Below are positions 1 to 11,668 of a DNA stretch of 64,000 bases, in pieces; within the stretch, counting starts at the first letter, position 1, and the number at the start of each line of letters is the position of its first letter. The notes under the pieces are model-generated. The model did no database searches. It was not told where the DNA came from and saw nothing but the letters and a program-made list of their open reading frames with translations. Source of the DNA: Octopus sinensis (taxonomy: Eukaryota); assembly GCF_006345805.1 (NCBI RefSeq), contig NC_043000.1, positions 8,618,001 through 8,682,000 of the forward strand, given 5' to 3'. A program made the translations under genes and the position numbers.

Positions 1-497
1 TTTTGTTTTGCTCGTGTTTTGCTGCTATCTGGATCAGTTTTCCTTCCTTCTGAAGTAGGTATTTTTGCAGTCCTATGGTGGTTATTTTATAGTAGTTTTC
101 CAGCTGTATAAGGCCTCTACCACCTTCTATACGTTGTATATATAGTCTTTCTATGTCAGATTTTGGGTGATGCATCCTAGATCCTGTCAGTATTTTTCTT
201 GTTTTCCTATCTATTTTGGTCAGTTCATTTCGTGTCCAGTTAAGGATATTGTAGCTGTAACTTATAACTGGACAGCTAAAGTGTTGATACCTATTATCCT
301 GTTTTTAGCATTGAGCTCTGTTTTTAGTATTGATCTAACTCGTCTATAATATTCTTTTTTTATTTTCTCTTTCATTTGTGTGTGTTGTGTCTATCTAGTT
401 CATGGATTCCTAAGTATTTGTAAGTTTGGCTTTGGTCTAATTCTTTTATTTCATTGGTTTTATCTAGTGTGATGTTGTTACTCTTAACTAGTTTTCC
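1..497 (-). pseudogene. R4/Dong-clade (RLE-type) non-LTR retrotransposon, RT C-terminal fragment, 5'-truncated, runs off window edge
   Basis: Minus strand, joined across two frameshifts: YKYLGI..MKEKIKKEYYRRVRSILKTELNAKNRIIGINTLAVPVISYSYNILNWTRNELTKIDRKTRKILTGSRMHHPKSDIERLYIQRIEGGRGL. This is the typical R4/Dong post-RT signature. Confidence 0.85.
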
Positions 498-569
<72 letters not shown>

Positions 570-579
570 CATTATTATT
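498..579. repeat. (TAT)n/(ATA)n microsatellite at the 5' junction of the Dong-like fragment
   Basis: Direct reading; source of the poly-Ile ORF 372..584. Confidence 0.97.
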
Positions 580-1415
580 TTCATTTCTTAAGTAGTGAGA
601 CAAATCCAAGCGATCAAGCCTTCTCCCAAAAGTGGCTATGCTTATGTAAAACATATTCTGATATTTATTATATTGAGAACAGTGTTATTTGCTTTGTTTG
701 TGTCCGCATTCCTATCACATATATCCTGTTTGTTCTCCTCTTCCATTTGACATTGACTAAATATTGTTGAAATTAGAAAAGTAGTCGTTAGGAGTAAAGC
801 AGTTACTTTTCTTCTAAAATATATGGAATACCTAACGGAAAAGAAGCTTATGACACACACTCTCTCTCTTTCTATCTCCCTTTCTCTCCCTTTGCACATA
901 TATACAAATATAATACATTCACACACACATATATGTATGTATATTAAGTCAGTCTTTGTGTCATTTTTATACGTGTAACCCAACACAGCCTGTATTATGG
1001 CCGGCCCGTCGGCAACTAAACCGGCAACCCTACTGAGCCTGTTTGGTAAGCAGGGTGGTTTTTCGCTCGAAACTTTGCAGTACGAAAAACAAATCCCGTC
1101 AAAGGGCAGATGAACTTTGTAGAATCAACGGGCATCGAATAGCTGGGGCTGAAAAACCCCCTTGTCTTTATTTAGATACCTTTCTATGGAGAAGATATCT
1201 AAATAACCTCTTTGACTTCGTTTGCATCCAATGATATAAACTTCTTTAGGGGCAAAAGAGTGGAATTGACTTTGTGCAAGGCCTTTCCTCACTTCAAAAT
1301 GCTTCTGGTGTTGCTTGGTTTTCAAATCTCTACTATGTGTTGCATAATGTGGTTGATCTTAGCTAAAAATGGCAAAACCTTGAATTAAAAAGCCAAAATA
1401 ATGAGAGCTGTAAGA

Positions 1416-1627
1416 AATAATACAAGTCGATGGTTTATACTCTTATCTTATATTTCGATATTTTGGCGTTAGGATACCTTCTTCAGGAATCTTCGGAGAA
1501 AAGTCAGCTTGCAGCATCAAATCTCCAGAGATTTCTCGAGAATGGATCCCACGTGTTTAAATACAAGATAAAGTGTCGAAGTATCAAAATATAAGATAAA
1601 AGTGCAAAATCTCGACTTTGTATTATT
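1416..1627. repeat. Degenerate fold-back, probable old PLE end with decayed hammerhead-like motif
   Basis: AAATAATACAAGTCGA..TTATCTTATATTT imperfectly pairs with AAATATAAGATAA..TCGACTTTGTATTATTT; the minus strand has CTGAAGA-GGTAT..ATATC-GAAA. Confidence 0.45.
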
Positions 1628-2207
1628 TTTTATAACGCATTGTTTTGCCTTCATCAAAATAATTAAAAGGAAGGCACGCATCTCACACACACACAGACAC
1701 ACACACATTTAACCTGCGCACTCATAAGAAAGCGGAAGCACATACTCTTCTTGACATTACTTAAATGTGTGTGTATATATATTTATATGTATGTATGAAT
1801 GCATGTATGTACGCATGTATGTACGTACGTACGTACGTATGTATGTATGTATGTATGTATGTATGTATGTATGTATGTATGTATGTGTGTATGTATGTGT
1901 GCGTACGTTTGTACCATTGGTTATACAATAAGTGTCCTTGATTTGTTTCCTAATTCAATTCTCAATTCTATTCATATATTAAATTAGTAATATTGATATG
2001 AGTTGTACATGAAAGGTTTCAAATTCAAGAGAGTGTAATGAGAACTATAGCTATTTATATTTGTAACTACTATTACAATGTTTATAGTCATATTCAATTA
2101 TATATTCTGAGACTGTTACAAATCTTTCCTTATGTATGCAGTATTGTAAATACTGTAATTTAAAATTCAGCATTAATTCTTGTCTTGTTTTATAACGCTG
2201 AAGCAAA

Positions 2208-2251
<44 letters not shown>

Positions 2252-2323
2252 TACATGAATATATATGTGTGTATATATGTATGTAAATATATATGTATGT
2301 ACGTATGTGTATATATATATATA

Positions 2324-2575
2324 AAGGGTAAAGACCCCCTTCGGTCATGAATGACCATGGGATTGCACCTAGAAAGTTACCCTCCTAGACACAAGTCCGG
2401 GCAAGGTTGTTTATGGAAGACCAGCAGTTGCCCATGCATACCAGCCTCCCCTCTCCACGCCACCAGTGTTATCCAAGGGAAAGGTAAAGGCTGATACAGC
2501 TTGGCACCTGTGACGTCGCAACTCATTTCTACAGCTGAGTGAACTGGAGCAATGTGAAATAAAGTGCTTTGCTCA

Positions 2576-2576
<1 letters not shown>
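2324..2576 (-). mobile_element. Group C SINE, head-truncated
   Basis: Same body as the full copy at 45229-45562 and the copy at 54161-54437. Confidence 0.85.
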
Positions 2577-2606
<30 letters not shown>

Positions 2607-2612
<6 letters not shown>

Positions 2613-2900
2613 TATATAGAAGGAGCTTCTACAGGACTAGAACTGTTTCATTCAAGAGAAATCTTCAGGAAGCTAGTTAACAAGAATTGTATTGGCATTT
2701 ATACATTTAGGCAGGTTTATAGGGGTGGTGGTGGGGGACTTTTTGGGGGTAGGCATAGCGCAAAAAAGTCCCCCACCACCACCCCTATAAACCTGCCTAA
2801 ATGTATAAATGCCAATACAATTCTTGTTAACTAGCTTCCTGAAGATTTCTCTTGAATGAAACAGTTCTAGTCCTGTAGAAGCTCCTTCTATATAATAAAT
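2607..2900. mobile_element. Perfect fold-back (138-bp arms, 18-nt spacer), PLE-type end inserted in (TA)n
   Basis: 2607-2744 is the reverse complement of 2763-2900; TA tracts on both sides; hammerhead motif in each arm. Confidence 0.85.
2833..2883 (+). ncRNA. Type I hammerhead ribozyme motif (mirror copy on minus strand 2624-2674)
   Basis: AGCUUC-CUGAAGA-U UUC ucuu GAA U-GAA ACAG uucuaguc CUGU-A-GAAGCU; 6-bp stem I, 4-bp stem III, GUA site; 10.1/11.1 is a U-U mismatch. Confidence 0.75.
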
Positions 2901-3049
<149 letters not shown>

Positions 3050-3469
3050 GAAGAAATAAGTGATATAGATACCCACTTTATACAGTTCATCCGATTGGCG
3101 CTCTGATAGAGCTTCAGGAATATATATATGAAGATATAAATAATGTCTTATTTTGGGAGAAAGGATTTAACCTGTGCAGTCATAAGAAAGCGAAAGCACA
3201 TACTCTACTTGACATTACTTATTTGCACTATGTGTGACTAGGTTATCATGTGCAAGAACTTCTCCGTTGACTTCTGGTTAGCAAGGTGCCAGTTTTAGCA
3301 GTAATTCTGCTATCATGCCCACTGTTTACTAAACTTTTGAAACTTTCGTTTTCCGTTTATATTTTACCCGAATTAGAGATAGAAGCTACAGTGTGTCTCA
3401 TGCGCAAGAGCAACATCTATCTAGGTGTACTTTTCTTTGGTCCCCACATTCAAAATCTGTCAAACGAAT

Positions 3470-3810
3470 CAGCCGGAAGTGGCCACCTATTTTTTCCCCA
3501 ACTTTCTCAACCGTTTCTAAGTGACTGTAGTAACGCCAGATTCAAGACGCCATTTTGGGATTTTCATCTGCGCACGCGCAAGTATTAGTCTTCCGGAAGG
3601 CCTGCCGGAAGTCTCTCTTGACTTGACCGCTATTCTCTCTCTTCGGCCACCGGCTTCTGACCAGACAGGACGCGACTGAAGCCAGCTCCGTGGAGCTGGC
3701 ATTCTGACGGCGGGCGACGTTGCGAGTCTGTGAAAATGCCTTCGTATTTTGTGTCTAACTATTAACCCTGCTGCTTCCACCCCGGCGTCCAGGCTACCGA
3801 TGTCCAGAGA
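3470..3810. promoter_or_regulatory. CpG-rich promoter-like island (or LTR-like promoter)
   Basis: CCGGAAGT at 3473 and 3605, CCGGAAG at 3593 (ETS/GABP-like), CGCCATTTT at 3548 (YY1-like), TGCGCACGCGCA at 3569 (NRF1-like); locally GC/CpG-rich. Confidence 0.4.
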
Positions 3811-4016
3811 TGAAATGCTTATTTCGGTGAAATATATTATTATTGTTATTTGTTCGGAGATTCGTGTTCCCGCTATTTTTCCTTTCTACAGCTATGTAAG
3901 GAGATGTGAGGCACCCAACAAGTGCAAATATCACATAAAATCCTACATGACCATTAAAATAGTTTCTATAAATCTAGTGATCTAACGGGGATCTGCTGTC
4001 CTACGTCACATACCCG

Positions 4017-4900
4017 TTGTCTCTAACTGTTGAAAACATCACAGCAAGTAATATTGATTTCCTTGGCATCAAAAAATTCTTCATCTGTAGATGGCATGAA
4101 AACCTGTGTGCTACGATGTTCGTTTATGAGCTCCACCCATCTCTTATTTATTGGGTCAAGTATTTCCTGTCAGGCCGTACTGTGTATATTTCAACCCACC
4201 ATCAACAACCACATGCTGTTATTTCAAACCAGACACGCTTACGCCAAGATGTTACCACCCTTCCTTCTCTAACATTCAAAATACGGGCGTCAGATTCCGT
4301 ACAATTTATGTAGATCACGCTAGAATACACCACTTCAAAGAACGGAGAACTCGAAAACAACTTGCAATGGTTCTTGATGACCTTTCTTTAAATGCACCAA
4401 AACACAGCTTTAACACGCAATATGGAAATACATACATCAAACTTTTCTGCTCATGAACAGCTTGCGAAAAAGCATTCAGTTTTGACAAATGACGGGCTTC
4501 ACAATCGTCAATGACCTCTCATGTCAACTTCATGCACATGGCATTACAAAAATACCTTTTTAATAGTTCTGTTTTCTGCTCAGAGCCAGAAACTACTTTA
4601 TTTGTGAACAATTGTTAAGCCTCTAAAGGTACAAGTACACCCCTCGTATTGCTCACATGTATAATGCAATAAACATATTCACACACAACCATGTTATGCT
4701 ATTCTAACACCCCGCCATGTAGCTGGACGTCAAACTTTCTCTCATTTCTAGTCTATTCCCGCACAGTACCATCTTCCTGTTTATTCAACCGGAACGCACT
4801 TCTGAACTAGCAATCTGTGAACTATCACCTGCCATCCGAGCTCATATGAAGTTCTTACATTACTTTCTTGTCACTTCTACTGTCTCACTTCCTGTACAAA
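4017..4900 (+). pseudogene. Very old non-LTR (Jockey/I/CR1-like) RT relic
   Basis: DFLGIKKFF.CRWHENL...LHPSLIYWVKYFLSGRTVYI resembles FLDISKAFDRVWH...LIRWISSFLSGR of LINE RT. Confidence 0.5.
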
Positions 4901-5041
4901 GTACCTCACCCAATCCTTTACTCTTCACAATTTGCAATACTCAAAAATTGTCTTCACTAACACATCCTGAAGTCGAAGCTGAACTTAACCACATCAGTCT
5001 CACATGTGTAAGAAAACACGTTAAGTAAAAAATATGAGTTT

Positions 5042-5370
5042 GCTGGGGAACACTTACGCCATTGAAACCGGGAAACCGGGATCATGAGCCTGGCTAGGCT
5101 TTAAAAGGGCGTAGTGGAGGTGCGTGGCTTAGTGGTTAGGGTGTCAGTATCATGATCGTAAGATGGTGGTTTCGATTCCTGGACCGGGCGACGCGTTGTG
5201 TTCTTCAGCAAAACACTTCATTTCACGTTGCTCCAGTCCACTCAGCTGGCAAAAATGAGTAACGCTGCGATGGACTGGCGTCCCGTCCAGCTGGGGGACA
5301 CATACGCCACAGAAACTGGGAAACCGGGCCCATGATCCTGGTCAGGCTTTAAGAGGGCGCATTTATTTTT
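5042..5370 (+). mobile_element. Group C SINE (full copy 5116-5370) preceded by an extra 3' fragment
   Basis: tRNA-like head TGGCTTAGTGGTTAGG...GTTTCGATTCC; the tail GAAACCGGG..GGCTTTAAAAGGGCG occurs twice. Confidence 0.85.
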
Positions 5371-5699
5371 TATTATAATGTGGACCACGTTTATAAAGTT
5401 CTAAGTAACAAATATACTAGAATTGTTAGTTGAATGACAAACCAGTCACTATTTCAGGCTTAAGATCTGGTCAAACAAATAAGTGGATTATAAGTAGTTC
5501 ACATAACGAGCAAAGAAGGGAGTCCCCGTGGGGAATGCTCATTCTGCTAGAAACAGGAAACAAATTTTCCTCAAATTATGATTCAATCATCTTAAAAATC
5601 GAAAGAGCTTATACTTCATCTAGCCTAGAAAAACTTTGCCTGGAAAAAAAAAAGAAAAATCAAGAAAAGATTCATACATACGTTCAGATATAGAAGCGT

Positions 5700-5852
5700 G
5701 GGTATTTTTCAGTTTTCGTCTACCAAATCTACTCACAAGGCATTAGTCGGTCCGGGGCTATAGTGGAAGACCCATTGTGTGGAACCTTGGGCCACACAAT
5801 GAAACTGAATATAAAACCATGAGGTCGGAAAGCAAACTTGTTATACAACGCC
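5700..5852 (-). mobile_element. Group B SINE 5' half
   Basis: TTTCAGTTTTCGTCTACCAAATCTACTCACAAGG matches other group B copies. Confidence 0.75.
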
Positions 5853-5881
5853 AGTGGGTATGTGTGTGTGTGTTTGTGAGT

Positions 5882-5942
<61 letters not shown>

Positions 5943-6128
5943 TGATATAGGAAAACAAAGTCTGAAAAATGATTGGCGTTGCAGTTAGCCGACCGATTAA
6001 GTATGAGATACAGGTGCCTATTTTAATCTATCACTGCTTCTGTTGCACCTAATGCATTTTTATTCACATGGATACATACATATATACATACACATATACA
6101 TATATATGTATTGATATATACATAGGTA

Positions 6129-6220
<92 letters not shown>

Positions 6221-6456
6221 TACCTATCTATATATCAATACATATATATGTATATATATATATATAAGCAAATGAATAATAGCAGGCAATGGATAATTGT
6301 CAGCTCATAACAGCTGTTTCTTACGCATCTTTTTAATAGAAGAATGAGAGTATTGCTCCATGACAAAAAGCCGTAATCATTAGTACCTGATAATGTCTGA
6401 ACCTAATTTTACTATATATATATATATATATATATACATACATATACATATACATA

Positions 6457-6998
6457 TCTATTATATAAAATCCATTCTGTTTGTCTGTGTGTCTCTAGGA
6501 TCTCGGACATCCTCTATCCAATTGCGCTCAAATTTGATATGTAAATACCGACGGTATCAGGGAGTGTATAAGTCTTGAAAAAATTACAAAAATCGATTCC
6601 AAGTGAGAATGCGATCGATAAAGCCGTGGGAACGTGCATTTGTACGCATAAGTACATCAGCTGTTGCGATCGATACTACGCGTACGCGAGAAAAATGCAC
6701 GTGCAGTTTACGCAAAAAAGCCGGCTGGCTTGAAATAATGCCTCAAAATGCAGTATATTTAAGAGACCAAAAAAGTAAGATGCAAAAGAGATATTTTCTT
6801 CAAACTTGGCATGAAGGAAAGAAAGACTATTTGGTTTCTCGAGAATTTTTTTTTGCCGTAACTTCGTTTAGAAAAACCAATAATTTTATTGAAATAAAGG
6901 CATACTTAATTATTTTTTAATGAAAAGAAAACACTGACTGTTTTTTATTCAGCAGATATGATTCAGCACCATCCATTGGACGGGGAGCGTTTTGCTCG
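6457..6998 (+). mobile_element. Non-autonomous Helitron-like element
   Basis: Starts A|TCTATTATATAAAA followed by TGTTTGTCTGTG; ends with GAGC-GTTTT-GCTC hairpin and CTCG|T (CTRR variant); similar start at 63502. Confidence 0.45.
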
Positions 6999-7013
6999 TA
7001 AATATATATCATA

Positions 7014-8225
7014 TAGGCATACCTCACTCTACATCGTTAATTGGCTCCAGGAGACACGACTTAAGTCGAATTAACTTTCTCTAGGTTAGGCTGGGCCGAT
7101 TTTACTTGTCTCTGGGTTAAACCGATAATAACCATTCCCAAAACTTTATTTAAGAATGCATTTTCAATAATATATGGTTAATAAAAACCTATCTTAAGCT
7201 TTAAAAAAAACTTTTTTAAAAAACAAATTCAGTAATTATTATTGTTTTGCAATAGTAAAAAAATTTAATTATTTTAAATTTATCGATACGTAGATACAAT
7301 TTGGTGGTTTACATCGCGGATGTAGGTGGATGTGGATCGTCACCATCAACAGCTGACTTTGGCTGTTCTTTTTTGATGCGCTTAAAAAACCTTGAACTGT
7401 CTTCTTTTTTTCCTCGAGGATTACATTATAAGGAGCAAAAGCTTCGTGACAAGCCCCCATAATCTTGGAAAAGCATCAAGCATTTGGACCCATATCCTCG
7501 AACATAACAACACATTTTTCGATATGTGCAAATGCTTGCTGCATTTTCTTAATGGTAAAGTGACGTGGCTCAGGTTCGACTTACACTTCTTTATTTTGCT
7601 GCTCGTGAAGCTCTCTCAAATCCTCGTGCGTCAAGGGCTGTTTGTCTTTTTAAAATAAATCTGAAATCCTCCTCCTCCAAATCCATTTCTAGTCCTTTAC
7701 TCGTTGTCACCAACATTTTGTTGGTGGCAACATTATCAAACCCCTTAAAAATCATCCACGAATGGAAGGCATAGCTTCTTTCATACACCATTCGTAGCCG
7801 TGCTCTGTACATCATTCCATGCCGCTGCTATGTTCTGTACAGCCTTGTAGGTATCGTATCTCTTCCAAAAGTGAAGAAGTGTGATGGACTCATCAAGATC
7901 AGTTGCAGCTATTGCGTGCGCAGCGTACGCTTCATATAGTAACGTTTGAAGATAGCAATTCCTTGATCCATTAGCTGCGGAAGAGACGTGGTGTTCGGAG
8001 GTATACGACGGTAACGTTGGGGGTCAAAATCTACGGTGTTTTGCGGGTGGCCAGGAGCATTATCTAAGATAAATAAAACCTTAAAAGGAATTCCCTTCTC
8101 CTTACAGTACTTCTCTGCTGCTGGGATAAAACCAATCTTCAAAAACACCAACAGTAACCCGTGCTTTTGAATTAGCCATCCATACAATATTTGGGTATGT
8201 TCTTCAGAGTACGGAGGTTATGTGC
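7014..8225 (-). pseudogene. pogo/Tigger-like DDE transposase relic (3' half with one TIR)
   Basis: YCKEKGIPFKVLFILDNAPGHP...PPNTTSL..MDQG..FKRYY; C-terminal DPNVGRFSKI..YNVILEEKKK; TA+TAGGCATACCTC at 7012 resembles the Tigger TIR CAGGCATACCTC. Confidence 0.85.
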
Positions 8226-8236
8226 ATGATACACAA

Positions 8237-8527
8237 AAAAATAATAATAGAATAAATGTACTTAACTTATACTAATTATCAAATAGATATATAAAATTAC
8301 GTGTATTAACTATAAATAATCGAAAAGCGTTTAACAATATTTCTTAAAATAAAAATAAACTTATTTTATCGAAGTTAACGAAAACCCTTCGATAAGGTAA
8401 GTTTGTTTTTATTTTAAGAAATATTGTTAAAATTTTTCGATTATTTATAGTTAATACACGTATTTTTATATATTTATTTGATAATTAGTGTAAGTTAAGA
8501 CAAATAGATTTATTCTATTATTATTTT
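8237..8527. repeat. AT-rich fold-back (about 138-bp arms, 12-nt loop 8375-8386) just upstream of a hammerhead motif
   Basis: ..ACGTGTATTAACTATAAATAATCGAAAA..TTATCGAAG pairs with CTTCGATAA..TTTTCGATTATTTATAGTTAATACACGT.. Confidence 0.85.
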
Positions 8528-8545
8528 ATTATTATTTATTATTTT

Positions 8546-8665
8546 AGACCTGATGAGTGACTATATTTTTAAAAAGAATTAATTTTAGATCGATTTAATT
8601 TTAAATCGAATTGATTTTATTATTATTATCGATTTGAATACATAGCCACGAAACGCATGCAGTCT
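8546..8665 (+). ncRNA. Type I hammerhead motif with extended stem II (probably inactive copy)
   Basis: AGAC-CUGAUGA-GUGACUAU[77 nt]AUAGCCAC-GAAA-C GCAU G-C-A-GUCU; stem I AGAC/GUCU; U16.1 is C here. Confidence 0.6.
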
Positions 8666-8884
8666 TTTTACTACTATTTACTATTTATTGTACTTTATTG
8701 ATTTTTAGAATAAGGTTTTTATAGTATATGCTTCTATATGGTGTGAATAACATCTTTCATTATTGAATTGTTTAATAGAGGTTTTTCTCTAAAATACACA
8801 CACACACACATATACATAGAGAGACATACACTCACACACACATATATATAAATATATATATATACATATATTTACATATTATTT

Positions 8885-9267
8885 TATTCTTTTGTTTGTT
8901 TCAGTCATTTGACTGCGGCCATACTGGAGTACCGCCTTTAGTCGATCAAATCGACTCCAGGACTTATTCTTTGTACGCTTAGTATTTATTCTATCGCACT
9001 CTTTTGCCGAACCGCAAGGTTATAGGGGCGTAAACACACCTACATCAGTTATCAAGCGATGGTGGGGGACAAACACAGACACACAAGCATACACACACAC
9101 GCAAAAGCACACACACATATACATATACGATGGGCTTCTTTCAGAGTCCGTCTACCAAATCCACTCACAAGGCTTTGGTCAGACCGAGGCTATAATAGAA
9201 GACACTTGCCCAAGGTTCCACACAGTGGGACTAAACGCGGAGCCATGTGCTTGGTAAGCAAGCTACT
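8885..9267 (-). mobile_element. Group B SINE, near full length
   Basis: Head, internal (CA)/(TA) tract and 3' core GGGGTCGATTTG..CGACTAAAGGCGGT all present. Confidence 0.9.
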
Positions 9268-9473
9268 AAACATATAAACAATATATATGTATATATATAT
9301 ATATATATAGGTGAGAAGGTTGGTGTGTGAAAGCACGTGGTTGAATATATAGAAAATAGTAAAAAGTGAAAAAACTATAGAATGCTTGTTTTAAAAGGTT
9401 AAAAAATATATTTGAGTCATTATGTCATAAGAATGTTATAAAATTTTTTTCATACAGTGACATAGTTTTTGAA

Positions 9474-9510
9474 GAACTTACCGGTTTCGTGTTAACTTTT
9501 CAAATTTCTC
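9474..9510 (-). ncRNA. Minimal hammerhead motif, U3-A8 core variant, in the sense 3' end of the Penelope copy
   Basis: Minus strand GAGAAAU-UUGAAAA-GUUAACAC-GAAA-C CG G-U-A-AGUUCUU; one mismatch in stem I. Confidence 0.6.
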
Positions 9511-9630
9511 AAAACATCGTGTTATGTCTTCGTTATGAAGTGCAAAGAAGAGTTCCAGGTAGGGGGAGGTAATAAGCGATTTTTTCCTGTATAAGGGAGA
9601 TAATCGCTTTATATTTCTTTTCCCTTTTAT

Positions 9631-11640
9631 TTAATGGAGTGAATTTCTCTGTATAAGAATGTTAGAGTGGTTAAGTTTGGGCTTATATTTTTCAATGAAG
9701 AATGTTTCCTTGTTTAGTCGAATTTGTGTTGGTGTTCCAATAGCACATTGATAAAATGGAAAGATTAAAAATTGTGGTAGTAGTTGCTTTGCGCATTTCT
9801 CAATATGCTCACTAAAGGGTATCATTCTGTATTCTGGGAATGCAATCTGTTGTCGATGCAGTGTGCATCTACGTCTGAGTGATAGTCCCGTGGATCCCAC
9901 GTAGTTTTGGTGGCAGCCCGAGCATCTTATAACATAAATTATGTTTTCAGAGGCACAAGTAAAATTAGATTTGATCTTGAATTTTTGTCCCTCTTTGAAG
10001 AGGAATTATGATCCTTCTAGAAGGTTTGGGCATGTTGCACAGTTTGGTCTACTACATTTTTTTACTTTTGCATCCGTAATTTCAGAAAACAATTTTGCCC
10101 TTGTGAGAATCATTTTAAGTGATTTAGGTTGTTTGTAGCTTTTAATGATTTTATGTATGTTTAGAATTTCCTTTAATTTGGGGTCCTTATGAAGTATTGG
10201 TAAATTCTGGGTGATGATGGTGAAGGCTTCTTTGTTTCTGGGGTTGTATGTGGATATGTAAGGCAGTATTTTCGGGGAAGGTGTGTTGTTGTGTTGAACT
10301 TTTCTCAAAGTTTCTATGTCGATTTCTGTTGCACGTCTGATCCCATCCTCTATGAGTTGAGCTGGGTAGTGTCTGTCAATTAGGATGTTTTTGAGTTCTT
10401 GTAGTCTAAGGTTCCTGGTATTTTGTTCTGACACTATTTTGCATATCCTTCTTGCAAGGTTGAAAGGGATGTTTGTTTTAGTGTGTCTTGGGTGGCATGA
10501 ATCAAAAAGTAGATATTGTTTAGCGTCTGTGGCTTTGTAAAAAAATTCTGTTTCTATTTTAAGGTTAATATTTTTAATTAGTATATCTAAGAATGGAAGC
10601 TCCTTTTGGTTGTATTCCATGTGAACTGTATATTTGGGTTGATGCTGTTCAATAGGTTTTTGAATTTTAGGAGTTTATCTGTGTTTTCATTCCAGAGTAT
10701 AAAACAATCGTCCAGGAATTGTTTACAATTCTCTTTTATGTATTGAAAGAGGGGGTTTCCAAAGGTTGATAAAGATTCCTGGTAAATAATTATTTCCAGG
10801 TAGCCATTGTTTCTGTTTCTATTTTAAGGTTAATATTTTTAATTAGTATATCTAAGAATGGAAGCTCCTTTTGGTTGTATTCCATGTGAACTGTATATTT
10901 GGGTTGATGCTGTTCAATAGGTTTTTGAATTTTAGGAGTTTATCTGTGTTTTCATTCCAGAGTATAAAACAATCGTCCAGGAATTGTTTACAATTCTCTT
11001 TTATGTATTGAAAGAGGGGGTTTCCAAAGGTTGATAAAGATTCCTGGTAAATAATTATTTCCAGGTAGCCCATTGTTAGGTTCGCAATGACTGGTGCTGC
11101 CCTTGTACTCATAGCAATTCGGATTTTTGACGGTAAAATGTATTGTCAAACATGAAGTGGTTATTATGTAGGATGAATTCAACCGATTTAGTAATGAATT
11201 CTCTACTGATCCTTTTTGGTATTTCTTCCGGAAATTGGTCCAGCCAGAACTGTATTGCCTCTAGTCCATAATTATAAAGTATACCGGTATATAAATTAAC
11301 TACATCAAATGAAACCATGATTGTTTCTTCCTTGACTTTTTTTGGAAGGTGGTTTAACATATCCAAGTCATCTCTGATATGACTATCGATATGTTTAAGG
11401 AAGGGTTTCAGGAGGATGTCCATAAATAGACTTAATCTGTGTGTTTCACAGGTTGAGCCAGCTACAATGGGTCGTAGTTTTAGGTCCCCCGGGTTAGGTG
11501 TGTGTATGTATGTCTTTGGTGATTTTTTAATGGTTTCATTTATAATTTGGCTTTTATGTATTTTTGGCAGACCATAGAAGAGGCTAGGCTTGCATTTAAA
11601 GTTTGTTAGAAAGTCAATCTCTTTGGTTGTTAGTTCCTTT
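9631..11640 (-). pseudogene. Penelope reverse transcriptase + GIY-YIG endonuclease, frameshifted
   Basis: FYGLPKIHK, LRPIVA, SFDVVNLYT, AMSTRAAPVIANLTMGYLE, FLDDCF, LPFLDI, YKATDAKQYL.FDSCHP, CSRPNCATC, NYVGSTG..L.RR..LH, KETFFIEKYKPKLN (ORF pieces 11109-11756, 10852-11112, 10006-10620, 9631-9900). Confidence 0.95.
10546..11076. repeat. Tandem duplication of about 265 bp inside the Penelope RT
   Basis: 10546-10810 and 10811-11076 appear identical except for one C indel (GTAGCC/GTAGCCC). Confidence 0.95.
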
Positions 11641-11668
11641 TCATAACGAAGACATAACACGATGTTTT

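Noticed and set aside
1043-1234. Merlin/IS1595-like transposase from YLDTFLWRR
   Set aside because: A single short motif, with no catalytic residues or TIRs found.
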